DNA of 60,168 bases, the filler included, from Chloroflexota bacterium (GTDB lineage: Bacteria; Chloroflexota; Chloroflexia; QHBQ01): the NCBI GenBank assembly GCA_043754535.1. It is 3 parts of 3 records of this genome, joined end to end, with 100 filler letters (N's around TTAATTAATTAA, not from the genome) between each part and the next. Parts side by side here need not be neighbours in the genome. Positions count along the whole stretch, not along the records: positions 1 to 26,210 come from JAYUUN010000114.1; positions 26,311 to 34,683 come from JAYUUN010000117.1; 1 more part is not named here. One strand, 5' to 3'. Position 1 is the first letter of the stretch. The number at the start of each line of letters is the position of its first letter. The position numbers and the translations under genes are program-made. The notes beneath the pieces are model-generated. The model saw only the letters and a program-made list of their open reading frames with translations. It did no database searches and had not been told where the DNA came from. Of this stretch, positions 20,255-29,109 are shown in pieces.

Positions 20255-21253
20255 CTAGGTTACTCCCGTAAATAGGCGTTGGGTGGTCTGGCGTTGCACC
20301 AGTTTCGCTTCTACCTGGATCGTGCGCGGCGGCTCATCCTTGCCGTGCAGCAGTTGTTCTACCCCAATCGTACCCATCTCGCACATTGGCTGGGCGATGG
20401 TGGTCAGGTTGAGCAACTCTGCCAGTTCGATGTTGTCGAAGCCGATGATCGAAACATCGTGAGGAACATTGCGCTCGTGCTGACGCATTGCCTCCAGTAC
20501 GCCGAGGGCTTGCAGGTCGCTAGCGGCGAAGATCGCAGTCGGTGGGTCGTCCCGGCGCAGTAGCGCGTCACCGCCCTTCATCCCCCCAGCCCGGTTCCAC
20601 TCACTGACGTAAATCAGGGTAGGATCGAAGTCAATGCCTGCTGCCATCAATGCCTCGCGGTACCCGTTCAGGCGGTCATCGGCCTGGTTGAAGTGGAAGG
20701 CACCTTCGACCATGCCGTTGACGAAGCCTATCCGCCGATGGCCGAGGCTGATCAGGTGTTCAACCGCCATGCGCGCCCCCCCGGTGTTCTCCACCACGAT
20801 AGAAGTGAAGAATGGATGGTAGGCATCTACCAGCACTACTGGCAGGCCTGCTTCGCGGATGCGCGTCGCTTCCTGGTCATCGGGCCGTAGCGAGACGATT
20901 AGCAGACCGTCCACCCGCTTCCTCATTGGTAGCCGCTTGAAGTAGTTGTCGCGCTGCTGGTCGGTTTCCACGTTGTAGAGGACGATCTCGTGGCCTGCTT
21001 TGGCGGCGGCCATCTCAACCCCGCGTAGCACCTCGATAAAGAAGGGGCGGGTAAAGAATGGCACCATGATGCCTAGCACTCCGGTGCGCCCGAGGCCGAG
21101 GCTACGCGCCCCGCTGTTCGGCACATAGTCAAGTTTGTGTATTGCGGTCAGCACGCGCTCACGGGTTGCCTGTTTGACGTAGCCGCCATTCAAAACCCGC
21201 GAAACGGTGCCTATGCTTACCGTTGCTTCCCTGGCAACATCATAGATGTTCAT
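20255..21253 (-). CDS. LacI family transcriptional regulator
   Basis: NIYDVAREATVSIGTVSRVLN HTH; IIGFDN. Confidence 0.97.
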   Translation of the reverse strand: MNIYDVAREATVSIGTVSRVLNGGYVKQATRERVLTAIHKLDYVPNSGARSLGLGRTGVLGIMVPFFTRPFFIEVLRGVEMAAAKAGHEIVLYNVETDQQRDNYFKRLPMRKRVDGLLIVSLRPDDQEATRIREAGLPVVLVDAYHPFFTSIVVENTGGARMAVEHLISLGHRRIGFVNGMVEGAFHFNQADDRLNGYREALMAAGIDFDPTLIYVSEWNRAGGMKGGDALLRRDDPPTAIFAASDLQALGVLEAMRQHERNVPHDVSIIGFDNIELAELLNLTTIAQPMCEMGTIGVEQLLHGKDEPPRTIQVEAKLVQRQTTQRLFTGVT

Positions 21254-21282
21254 CGGGATTGGCTTTCTTCAATTACTTTGAT

Positions 21283-21354
21283 GTGGAAGTGCTTACAGCC
21301 GATTATAGCATAGTTCGTGCTATAATGCAAGGGCAAGGGCGAAAGCACTTCCAC
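21283..21354. promoter_or_regulatory. Divergent promoter pair with two LacI-type operators
   Basis: TGGAAGTGCTTACA (21284-21297) and CGAAAGCACTTCCA (21340-21353); back-to-back TGCTATAAT on - (21310-21302) and + (21318-21326). Confidence 0.8.
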
Positions 21355-21388
21355 TTTTACTTGGCAAACCGATAAGGAAGGAGAGTTT

Positions 21389-23011
21389 ATGGCTGATAAT
21401 CTGTGGTACAAGGACGCAGTTTTCTACGAACTCTACGTGCGGGCCTTCTATGACAGCAATGGTGATGGGCAGGGCGACTTGCCGGGGGTGATCGCTCGCC
21501 TCGACTACCTGCGTGACCTGGGCGTAACCTGCATCTGGCTGCTGCCGGTCTGTGACTCGCCCCTGGTGGATGACGGCTACGATGTGCGCGACTATCGCCA
21601 GATCATGGCCGAGTACGGCACGCTAGCAGACTTCAAGCGGTTGGTGGAGGAGGCGCACCAGCGGGGCATCCGCGTGATCACCGACCTGGTGCTGAATCAC
21701 ACCTCCGAACAGCACTACTGGTTCCAACAGGCTCGTAGCAGCCGCGACAATCCTTACCGTGACTGGTACGTGTGGAGCGACACTGACCAGCAGTACCCAG
21801 AGGCGGGCATTATCTTCATTGACAGCCAAACCTCCAACTGGACGCTCGACCCTGCCAGCGGCCAGTACTACTGGCACCGCTTCTACCCGCAGCAGCCAGA
21901 CCTCAACTACGACAACCCGGCGGTGCAGCAGGCGATGCTCAACATTGCCGACTACTGGCTGGCCCTCGGCACCGACGGCTTTCGCTGCGATGCTGTCCCC
22001 TACCTGTTCATCCGCGAGGGGACGAACGGTGAGAACCTGCCAGAGACACATTCCTATCTTAAGCGGCTACGCGCTACGATCAGCGCACGTTACCCCGAAG
22101 CGATCCTGATCGGCGAAGCGAACCAGTCGCCAGAGCTAATCGTCCCCTATATTGCGGGCGACGAGTTCCAAATGGTCTTCAACTTCCCGCTGATGAACTA
22201 CATCTTCTACGCCTTGCAGCAGCAAGTAGCGGCCCCGATCCAGGAGGTGTTGGCCGCTACCCCGCCGATTGGCGAGAGCAGCCAGTGGTGCAACTTCTTG
22301 CGGAACCACGATGAGCTTTCGTTGGAGATGGTGCCGCAGCACCTGCGCGACCTGCTAAATCACGCCTACGGCCCATTGCCAGAGCAGCGCATCAACTGGG
22401 GTATTCGCCGCCGCCTTGCGCCGCTGCTAGACAACGACCAGCGTAGGATTGAGCTTGCCAATGCGCTCTTGTTCAGCCTGCCTGGTTCGCCAATCATCTA
22501 CTATGGCGATGAGATCGGTATGGGTGACGACGTTAGCCTGTTCGACCGCAATGGTGTGCGTACCCCCATGCAGTGGAGTGCAGCGGCAAACGGGGGCTTC
22601 TCCACTGCCAGCCAAACCTACGCCCCCGCGATTGACGATGTGGTATACGGCTACCAGCGCGTTAACCTCGCAGCGCAGCTTGGCGACCCGGCTTCGCTCT
22701 ACAATTGGATGCGGCAGATGATTGCGGCGCGCAAGTCGCAGCCTGCGTTTGGTCGTGGCACGATCCGCTTCTACCCGACAGGCCACCCCGCTGCCCTCGT
22801 CTTTGAGCGCGAATATGAGGGGCAACGTATCCTCTGCCTGCACAACCTGGGGCCGCACGCACTGACGGTGCCGCTGCCTGCTAGCCTCCCCGCCCAGCAG
22901 TTTACACCACTACTGGGTGGGGGACTAACAGCAGATGGGGTGGTAATGCTGCCAGCCTTTGGCTACTGCTGGCTGCTGCTAGGACAGGTTGCTGGCACGC
23001 CCCTTGCGTAA
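21389..23011 (+). CDS. treS: Trehalose synthase / maltose alpha-D-glucosyltransferase (GH13)
   Basis: WYKDAVFYE, YYWHRF..QPDLN, FRCDAVPY, GEANQ, FLRNHDE, GIRRRLAPL, DRNGVRTPMQW. Confidence 0.9.
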   Translation: MADNLWYKDAVFYELYVRAFYDSNGDGQGDLPGVIARLDYLRDLGVTCIWLLPVCDSPLVDDGYDVRDYRQIMAEYGTLADFKRLVEEAHQRGIRVITDLVLNHTSEQHYWFQQARSSRDNPYRDWYVWSDTDQQYPEAGIIFIDSQTSNWTLDPASGQYYWHRFYPQQPDLNYDNPAVQQAMLNIADYWLALGTDGFRCDAVPYLFIREGTNGENLPETHSYLKRLRATISARYPEAILIGEANQSPELIVPYIAGDEFQMVFNFPLMNYIFYALQQQVAAPIQEVLAATPPIGESSQWCNFLRNHDELSLEMVPQHLRDLLNHAYGPLPEQRINWGIRRRLAPLLDNDQRRIELANALLFSLPGSPIIYYGDEIGMGDDVSLFDRNGVRTPMQWSAAANGGFSTASQTYAPAIDDVVYGYQRVNLAAQLGDPASLYNWMRQMIAARKSQPAFGRGTIRFYPTGHPAALVFEREYEGQRILCLHNLGPHALTVPLPASLPAQQFTPLLGGGLTADGVVMLPAFGYCWLLLGQVAGTPLA

Positions 23012-23230
23012 TGGGAACATCATAATCAACATTACTGGCTAGCTGCGGGCCACTCTGCTAGATTTTGCAGGTGGCTCGCGCTTTGTCTCACCAGCGTGGT
23101 AGTTGTCAACAAAGTAGCGCAGTGGCTGAGGCGCAACGTCCTGGCTCAATCGAGCGCAGGGGATTTAGCGGCAGCACTAACCCTGGCATCACGACAGCCA
23201 GCTACTAAGCGGCTAAGCATAATTCTGCTG

Positions 23231-23262
23231 AAAAGGGGATGCTTGGATTAAGCATCCCTTTT
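23231..23262. terminator. Bidirectional intrinsic terminator
   Basis: AAAAGGGGATGCTT-GGATT-AAGCATCCCTTTT. Confidence 0.75.
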
Positions 23263-23281
23263 GCGCTCCAGTTTCGGGGCA

Positions 23282-23320
23282 ATCCAATTGTCGGTTTTAG
23301 GCGTAAGCCTGGTGTAAGGG
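23282..23320 (+). promoter_or_regulatory. ECF-sigma type promoter, copy 1
   Basis: ATCC-N16-CGTAAGCCTGGTGTAAGGG; same arrangement at 25794-25832. Confidence 0.7.
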
Positions 23321-23435
23321 CAGCGTCCTGAACATTGAAGGTACAATTATGGATAATGTAAGCAGCACTGGCATGAACAAGCAGAATTGGCTGCTCTGTC
23401 TGCGCTAGAGCCCGAGCAATAGAAAGGTTTTTGCG

Positions 23436-25529
23436 ATGAGCGATACGACCAGGGCCGCCTCACAAGGCTCTGCCCCCCTGCTGAGCGAGGCTGCTAAACC
23501 GCAGCTTGCCAGCAATGCCGCTCTGCCCCGCCGCGCAGTGCTGGCTCGCGGCTTCTGGGCCGGGATCATTGGCGTAGTGCCGATGCTTCTGCTGATGTGG
23601 CTGTTCCATGGCCTCTTTGGTCACTTCACCCTGCCACAGGTGATCGACCCTATCGTGATCAAGCTGCTGCCGGGGCAGGCATTTGAGCAGGGTATCCAGT
23701 TCGTCGGCCAGGCGGCCCACCCGCTAGCGATCACCGTGATCATCGTTGGTATCATCCTCGTTGGTGGCCTGTTTGGTCTGCTCTATGCCACCCTGTTCGG
23801 CAAGCGCACCGCTATTGCTGCTGCTGACGCGGGCGACGCAGCGGCCACTAGCGGCCTGGTGCCAGCCCTGCTCAAGGGGGTTGGTTTTGCCGTCGCTCTC
23901 TGGCTGCTGGTCTACGGCGCGCTGCTGCCGCTGCTTGAGCGGCTGATCACCTACGACGCTGGCCTCGACCTCTATCGCGGCGTGGGGCCGTTCGGCACCA
24001 ACGTGGGCAATAGCTCCTTCACCCAGGAAGGGACAGTTGGCTTCACCCTGATGACCCTAGCCACCTTCGTCCTCTTTGGCCTGGTGCTGGCGGGCGTGTT
24101 CGACCACGATGTGCGCGAGACGACTAGGAACTGGCACGCGAAGTTGGTGGCTCAAGCCGAAGCCGGCCCCACCCGCCGCCGCGCCCTGCGCCAGGCTGCT
24201 GGTGGTGTGGCGACCGTGGCTGGTGCTGTACTGGCCTACAGCTTCGTCAACTCGAAGGGCGGCTTTGGCCTGCTCAAGGCTGGGCAGGATGGCCCAGAGG
24301 GTGCCAACCCCAGCGGCCCGACCAATAACAACAGCCCCATTACTAGCAGTGGTGGCGTAACCAACACTGGTGCTGTGACCAACACTGGCGGCGTGAAGAC
24401 TAGTGGCGGCGTGACCAACACCCAGTCAAGCAGCGCGACCCCCACTGCCGCCCCCGCCAACCTGCCCACCGGCGGTGACGCTGTCCCAATGGACACGCCA
24501 GAGCCGGATAGCCTGCCAAGCGGCGCAGATACCCCTGTGCCAAGCAGCGGGGTCTATAATGGCAATGGCCCACAGGTCAACTCCGCCCCTCTTGCGGCCA
24601 CCAGCCCCACCGCCGTTCCTGCCACCGCTGTCCCTAGCGCAGCCACCGCCGGGATGCCTACCGTTGCTACCGCTGCCAACCAGTTCTACCACGTCTCCAA
24701 GAACACGGTAGACCCGGTGATCGCGCAGCAGGGTTGGACGATGAAGATCACGGGCGAGGTTAGCAACCCCCTTACCCTGACCTTCGACGACTTGACCAAG
24801 CAACCGTCGCTCTACCGCTACATCACCCTCAGTTGCATCAGCAATCCCGTTGGTGGCAACCTGATTGGCAATGGCAAGTGGAAGGGTACTCCCCTCTCGG
24901 CTCTGCTCAAGAAGGCTGGGATCAAGCCTACTGGCAAGCGCGTAGTCTTCATCTGCGGCGACGACTATACCGACAGCATCCCCGTTGATGTGGCGATGCA
25001 CGACTACAATATGTTGGCCTGGGAGCTAAACGGCCAGTATCTGCTCTCCAAGAGTGGCGCACCAGTGCGCGCCCTGATCCCCGGTATCTTCGGCATGAAG
25101 AACGCCAAGTGGATCCGCGAAATCCGCGTTGTCACCGATGCTAACTACAAAGGCTTCTGGGCTTCGCAAGGCTGGGACAACGCCGCACCAACCCGCACCA
25201 TGGCGATCTTCTACCTGCCCAAGCGGTTTACCAGCGTCAAGGCTGGGGCGCAAACTATCGGCGGCATTGCCTTTGCAGGCGACCGCGGGATCAAGAAGGT
25301 CGAAGTTAGCCTCGATAATGGCAAGACCTGGCAATCTGCTCAGCTTCAGCAGCCCCTCTCCCGCTACTCGTGGGTGTTGTGGACGCTGCCCTGGAACCCG
25401 AAGGCGGGCAAGTACCAGATCGCCTGCCGTGCCACCGACGGTAGCGGCAAGTTGCAGGGTGACATAAGCAAAGACGCTTACCCGTCTGGCGTAGAGGGTT
25501 ACGACCGCCTGGATGTCACTGTCAGCTAA
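23436..25529 (+). CDS. Membrane-anchored molybdopterin-dependent oxidoreductase (sulfite oxidase family)
   Basis: 4 TM helices, TRRRAL, a fifth TM; TLSCISNPVGGNLIGN.W.G; GAPVRALIPG..GMKNAKW; Mo-co dimer domain GIAFAGDRGI. Confidence 0.92.
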   Translation: MSDTTRAASQGSAPLLSEAAKPQLASNAALPRRAVLARGFWAGIIGVVPMLLLMWLFHGLFGHFTLPQVIDPIVIKLLPGQAFEQGIQFVGQAAHPLAITVIIVGIILVGGLFGLLYATLFGKRTAIAAADAGDAAATSGLVPALLKGVGFAVALWLLVYGALLPLLERLITYDAGLDLYRGVGPFGTNVGNSSFTQEGTVGFTLMTLATFVLFGLVLAGVFDHDVRETTRNWHAKLVAQAEAGPTRRRALRQAAGGVATVAGAVLAYSFVNSKGGFGLLKAGQDGPEGANPSGPTNNNSPITSSGGVTNTGAVTNTGGVKTSGGVTNTQSSSATPTAAPANLPTGGDAVPMDTPEPDSLPSGADTPVPSSGVYNGNGPQVNSAPLAATSPTAVPATAVPSAATAGMPTVATAANQFYHVSKNTVDPVIAQQGWTMKITGEVSNPLTLTFDDLTKQPSLYRYITLSCISNPVGGNLIGNGKWKGTPLSALLKKAGIKPTGKRVVFICGDDYTDSIPVDVAMHDYNMLAWELNGQYLLSKSGAPVRALIPGIFGMKNAKWIREIRVVTDANYKGFWASQGWDNAAPTRTMAIFYLPKRFTSVKAGAQTIGGIAFAGDRGIKKVEVSLDNGKTWQSAQLQQPLSRYSWVLWTLPWNPKAGKYQIACRATDGSGKLQGDISKDAYPSGVEGYDRLDVTVS
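24351..24422 (+). repeat. Four 18-bp tandem units (GGVTNT-like) in the linker
   Basis: GGTGGCGTAACCAACACT and three variants. Confidence 0.85.
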
Positions 25530-25552
25530 GCACTAGGCAAGCAGCATCCAGC

Positions 25553-25584
25553 AGGGCTGGGAGCATCACGCTCTTAGCCCTTTT
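25553..25584 (+). terminator. Intrinsic terminator
   Basis: AGGGCTGGGAGC-ATCAC-GCTCTTAGCCCT-TTT. Confidence 0.75.
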
Positions 25585-25793
25585 GCTTTGCCCACCATTA
25601 GCAACCTACTACACTACATCATTGCTGTTGTGGCCCAGAATTTGCTTTTTGTAACCTGATCCCAGGCTAGCGTGTGTTCGTTAATCAGCTTACTGCAAGG
25701 CGAGTGGCTGATCAGTGGCACACTACCAAATGTGGTATGGATGGTTGACCACTTGATGTCATACGCGGTGGCAAAAAGCCTCAGAAACCATAC

Positions 25794-25832
25794 ATCCGCT
25801 GCCATCTAGCTAACGTAAGCCTGGTGTAAGGG
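25794..25832 (+). promoter_or_regulatory. ECF-sigma type promoter, copy 2
   Basis: ATCC-N16-CGTAAGCCTGGTGTAAGGG. Confidence 0.7.
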
Positions 25833-25941
25833 ACATACGCCACAGGAGCAAGCCAAGCTGAAGATGGCGTAGCACAAACCCTGGCACCAATGAGCAATAC
25901 CGCTCACCAACATTACTGGATAACCTAAGGAGGTTAAGTTC

Positions 25942-26210
25942 ATGCGGAAGTTTAGCAGTCTCGTAGTAGCTCTTGCCCTGGTCGCCCTGACGATCAGCAT
26001 GGCTTTTGTCGGTGGCAAGGCCCAGGCCCAGAGCAGCGACATGGGTAACGCCCAGGTTCGCGTCGTCCACGCCTCACCTGACGCTGGCGATGTAGCTGTC
26101 TTCGCTGATGGAAGCAAGACCCTCGACAACTTTAAGTACAAGGGTATCTCCGAACTGATGGCTGTGCCTGCTGGCACCCACAAGTTCCAGGTTTCGGCTG
26201 CTGGCAAGAC
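25942..26210 (+). CDS. DUF4397 domain secreted protein (partial, cut by contig end)
   Basis: AGGAGG RBS, signal peptide, VRVVHASPDAGDV signature. Confidence 0.88.
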
Positions 26211-26310
26211 NNNNNNNNNNNNNNNNNNNNNNNNNNNNNNNNNNNNNNNNNNNNTTAATTAATTAANNNNNNNNNNNNNNNNNNNNNNNNNNNNNNNNNN
26301 NNNNNNNNNN
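26211..26310. other. Artificial contig spacer
   Basis: N44-TTAATTAATTAA-N44 (stops in all frames). Confidence 0.98.
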
Positions 26311-26311
26311 C

Positions 26312-26386
26312 TTCCGGCCCAACGACTTCAGCAAGCGTGGCGAGTTGAGCAAGGTGGTACGACGAGCCATTAGCGTGCTACCTTAA
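26312..26386 (+). CDS. 3' end of an SLH-domain protein (partial)
   Basis: FRPNDFSKRGELSKVVRRAISVLP* resembles the SLH ends of 41665-43335. Confidence 0.65.
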   Translation, partial: FRPNDFSKRGELSKVVRRAISVLP

Positions 26387-26467
26387 GCGGTACCCTGCTG
26401 AGAAGGTTGCAAGGTAAAGGTAACGTGGATTATCGCTACCATTTGGTAAAAGGGATGGATAGCAGAG

Positions 26468-26497
26468 AGGCCCGCCGATGGTGGCGGGCCTGCTTGT
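26468..26497 (+). terminator. Putative terminator hairpin
   Basis: AGGCCCGCC-GATGGT-GGCGGGCCT-GCTTGTT. Confidence 0.5.
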
Positions 26498-26626
26498 TGA
26501 GTTGATGCTAGGCATTGAGCAGGCGGGTCAGGGCAGCAACCCGCCTACGTTCGCGGTCGCGGATACACCCTACCCACCTTTGTGTTCCACCGTGATCGTC
26601 AGCCCGACATTGGCCGCAGCATCTAG

Positions 26627-27017
26627 CTACTTCAGCTTGTTCGCCAGGTAGTTGCGGAAGTAGGTGAGGTACTCCGCCTCGGTGTTGGCATTGGTGAGGA
26701 GCAGGCTGCGACCCACGATCACCATCGGCGTGAACGGCCCGCTAACATTGGCGGGCTTATTGGTCGCCTTTGCGATCAAGTCCTCCCCTTCGCTCAGGTT
26801 CTGGTTGATCTGCGCCTCGTAGGCGGGCGATTTGTCGGCAAGGCAGGCTTGTATCTTGGCCAGATCAGACCCGGCTTGCTGGGCGTAGCTGTTCCAAAGA
26901 GCCTTTTTGTCGCCGTTCACTCACTGCTCCTGCTTGTCATAGAGGATGTCGTGGAACTTCCAGAACTTGTCGTCACCCTGTTCGCGCAAGCACAGCAAAT
27001 AGATCCCGGCGCAAAGT
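26627..27017 (-). pseudogene. DsbA/thioredoxin-fold protein remnant
   Basis: YLLCLREQGDDKFWKFHDILYDKQEQ*VNG...TPMVIVG; in-frame TGA at 26923-26921; CxxC-containing N-terminus absent. Confidence 0.65.
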
Positions 27018-27158
27018 CAAAGCGAACGAGGAGTGTAGGCTGGCGATTAGCTGGCTACGCTGCTCAGTCAGTTCACGAACATACATCGGTGGTTGCATAA
27101 AGGGTATTTTACCAAACCCAGTAGATTATATGCACAGACAGAAGCAGAGGGAGCTTTG

Positions 27159-27491
27159 TTACATATCGTCGGGGTCGTCGTGCCACTGCTTGCCTGCGAC
27201 CGCGATCTTCAGCACCTTGAGGCCGAGCAGAGCGCACTTCAGGCGGCTGGATGTGGGCGTGATGCCAAGTTCATCCAGAATGTCCTCCTTGCCCAGAGCC
27301 TTGACCTCGGCGACGGTCATGCCCGGCACGATCTCGGTCAGGATGCTAACCGCCGCCTGGCTGATCGCGCAGCCAGTGCCGTCGAAGGCCATGATGCTGA
27401 TCTGGCCGTTGTCGAAGCGGAGGTCAACCCGGATGCGGTCGCCGCAAGTCGGGCTGAAGTCCTCAAAGCTTGCGTCGGGGTCGGGCAGCGT
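27159..27491 (-). pseudogene. sufU: 5'-truncated SUF-type NifU/SufU Fe-S scaffold
   Basis: TLPDPDASFEDFSPTCGDRI...GTGCAISQAA...SRLKCALL (3 Cys); N-terminal ILDHY..PRN segment missing, in-frame stop upstream. Confidence 0.8.
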
Positions 27492-27494
27492 ACT

Positions 27495-27541
27495 GCCCAG
27501 CGCGTAACCACTGTATGCGGAGGGTGTCCGATCCCGCTAGG
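27495..27541 (+). repeat. Diverged direct repeat, copy 1
   Basis: GCCCAGCGCGTAACCACTGTATG...CCGATCCCGCTAGG matches 33576-33619. Confidence 0.8.
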
Positions 27542-27769
27542 TGCGTAGCCGAAGCCGCTGGGGTTGGCGAGGACGTAGATCTGCCGCCCGGCAAGCTCCG
27601 GGTAGAGCATGAGGCCACCAACGAAGAACTGCACCGGCGCACCGCTATTTTCAGTAGTGCAATCACCAAATCTTTGTCTATAGTTAGGGGCAGGTGGCAG
27701 CCCGCCCTGCCGCACAAGAACCGCTTTTATTCAGCAGCGTGATGTGGCCTAAACTTGCTAGTTGCACCA

Positions 27770-29107
27770 TTAAATCTCCACCTTGAGGCTGGCTGGGACG
27801 CTAGTCAACTCGAACATCTCTCCATGCGGCACAATGGTGATCTGGCCGAACTCCTTCAGCAGCATCCGGTAAGCGGCTTCGACCGGGCGGGGACGGCGTT
27901 CGAGGTCGTAGAGGCCGCAGGCACACACATTGCCCTTCTTCTCCGCCAGTTCGCTGTCCCAATCGATCTGGTCGATCAGGCTGTACCAGGTAAAGCCTAG
28001 CACCGGCACGCCGTCCGCCCGCATCCGCAGTACGTTGGCCCACTGCTTCCACAGCCAGCCGGGGGCTTGCTGCGGGTCGAAGGTGTTGGTTTCAGTGTGC
28101 ATCACTGGCTTGTGGTAGCGGTCAAAATACTCGTGGGTGATCTGGTACCAGCCCAGCACATCCTCGGCGGATTGCATATTGCCGTCGGGGGTTCGCATCT
28201 TCTCGTTGCGGCCATAATAATCGTTGCCCATGATCTGGTAGCCTGGTGGCTCACCCAGCATGAACCAGTCGTACTCCTCGCGGCTCATACCGTAATCGAG
28301 CAGGTAAGCGTAGATGTCCGCATCGGGCTGGTGGGCATAGAGGAGGTCGAGGGCAAGGAAGCGGGCCTTGTTCGCCAACTTCAGGTCTGCCCCCGGCTCG
28401 GCTCGCAGGTCATGGGTGTACTCCGCGCTCTCGCTCTGCACCACCACCAGGTCGGGCCGTTGGGCCGCAATCGCCTGGGTGCCCATGATGCTGGCTGCCA
28501 CCAGGTGCTTGAGGGCGGTGACGAAGGCGCGGTCGCTCTTTAGTTGCTCGTTCCACAAACCGTCCTTTGCGCTGACGCGGGCGGTGACGTAGATTTCGTT
28601 GATCGGGGTGTAGAAGCGCACCCAGGGATAGCGTTCGGCCACCGCTTTGGCGTAGGCGGTAAAGTGGATCGGGAGTTCCGGGTTCTGGAAGCTGCCGATC
28701 CAGTCCGGCACGCCAAAGTGCAACAGGTCGAGGATCGGGGTGATCTTCTGCCGCTTCAGTTCGTTCATCGCCGCATCAGCAAACTCCCAGTCGAACTTGT
28801 TGGGGCCAAGCTGGATGCTGTAGTAGGGCAGGCCGTAGCGCAGCACGTTGAGGCCGAGGTCTTTAACTAGCTGGAAGTCTTCCTTGTAGCGGTCGTAATG
28901 CCCACACTCGGCCAGTTCGTCGCGGCGCACTTTGCCGTGTTCGATGGTCGGGTACGAACACTCGATCCCGGTGGCGAACATGAAGTTGCGGGGGCTGGGG
29001 CTGGGTAGCCCGCTGCCCTTGCTGCCCGCCGCCCCGCCGTATTGGTCGCCAGGGTAGCCGTTGGGGTACTTGTCCTTGATGATCTTGAGGAAACTTTTGC
29101 TTGCCAT
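27770..29107 (-). CDS. Glycoside hydrolase family 1-like protein
   Basis: FATGIECS, LRYG, DLLHFG, YTPINE (acid/base), DYY, HTETN (nucleophile). Confidence 0.85.
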   Translation of the reverse strand: MASKSFLKIIKDKYPNGYPGDQYGGAAGSKGSGLPSPSPRNFMFATGIECSYPTIEHGKVRRDELAECGHYDRYKEDFQLVKDLGLNVLRYGLPYYSIQLGPNKFDWEFADAAMNELKRQKITPILDLLHFGVPDWIGSFQNPELPIHFTAYAKAVAERYPWVRFYTPINEIYVTARVSAKDGLWNEQLKSDRAFVTALKHLVAASIMGTQAIAAQRPDLVVVQSESAEYTHDLRAEPGADLKLANKARFLALDLLYAHQPDADIYAYLLDYGMSREEYDWFMLGEPPGYQIMGNDYYGRNEKMRTPDGNMQSAEDVLGWYQITHEYFDRYHKPVMHTETNTFDPQQAPGWLWKQWANVLRMRADGVPVLGFTWYSLIDQIDWDSELAEKKGNVCACGLYDLERRPRPVEAAYRMLLKEFGQITIVPHGEMFELTSVPASLKVEI

Positions 29108-29109
29108 AG

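Noticed and set aside
26211..26310. TTAATTAATTAA flanked by N runs (also at 34684-34783)
   Set aside because: Synthetic contig linker, not a biological repeat or att site.
26921..26923. Selenocysteine TGA in a thioredoxin-fold frame
   Set aside because: Not at the CxxC position; the gene is 5'-truncated and TGG-to-TGA is the simpler explanation.
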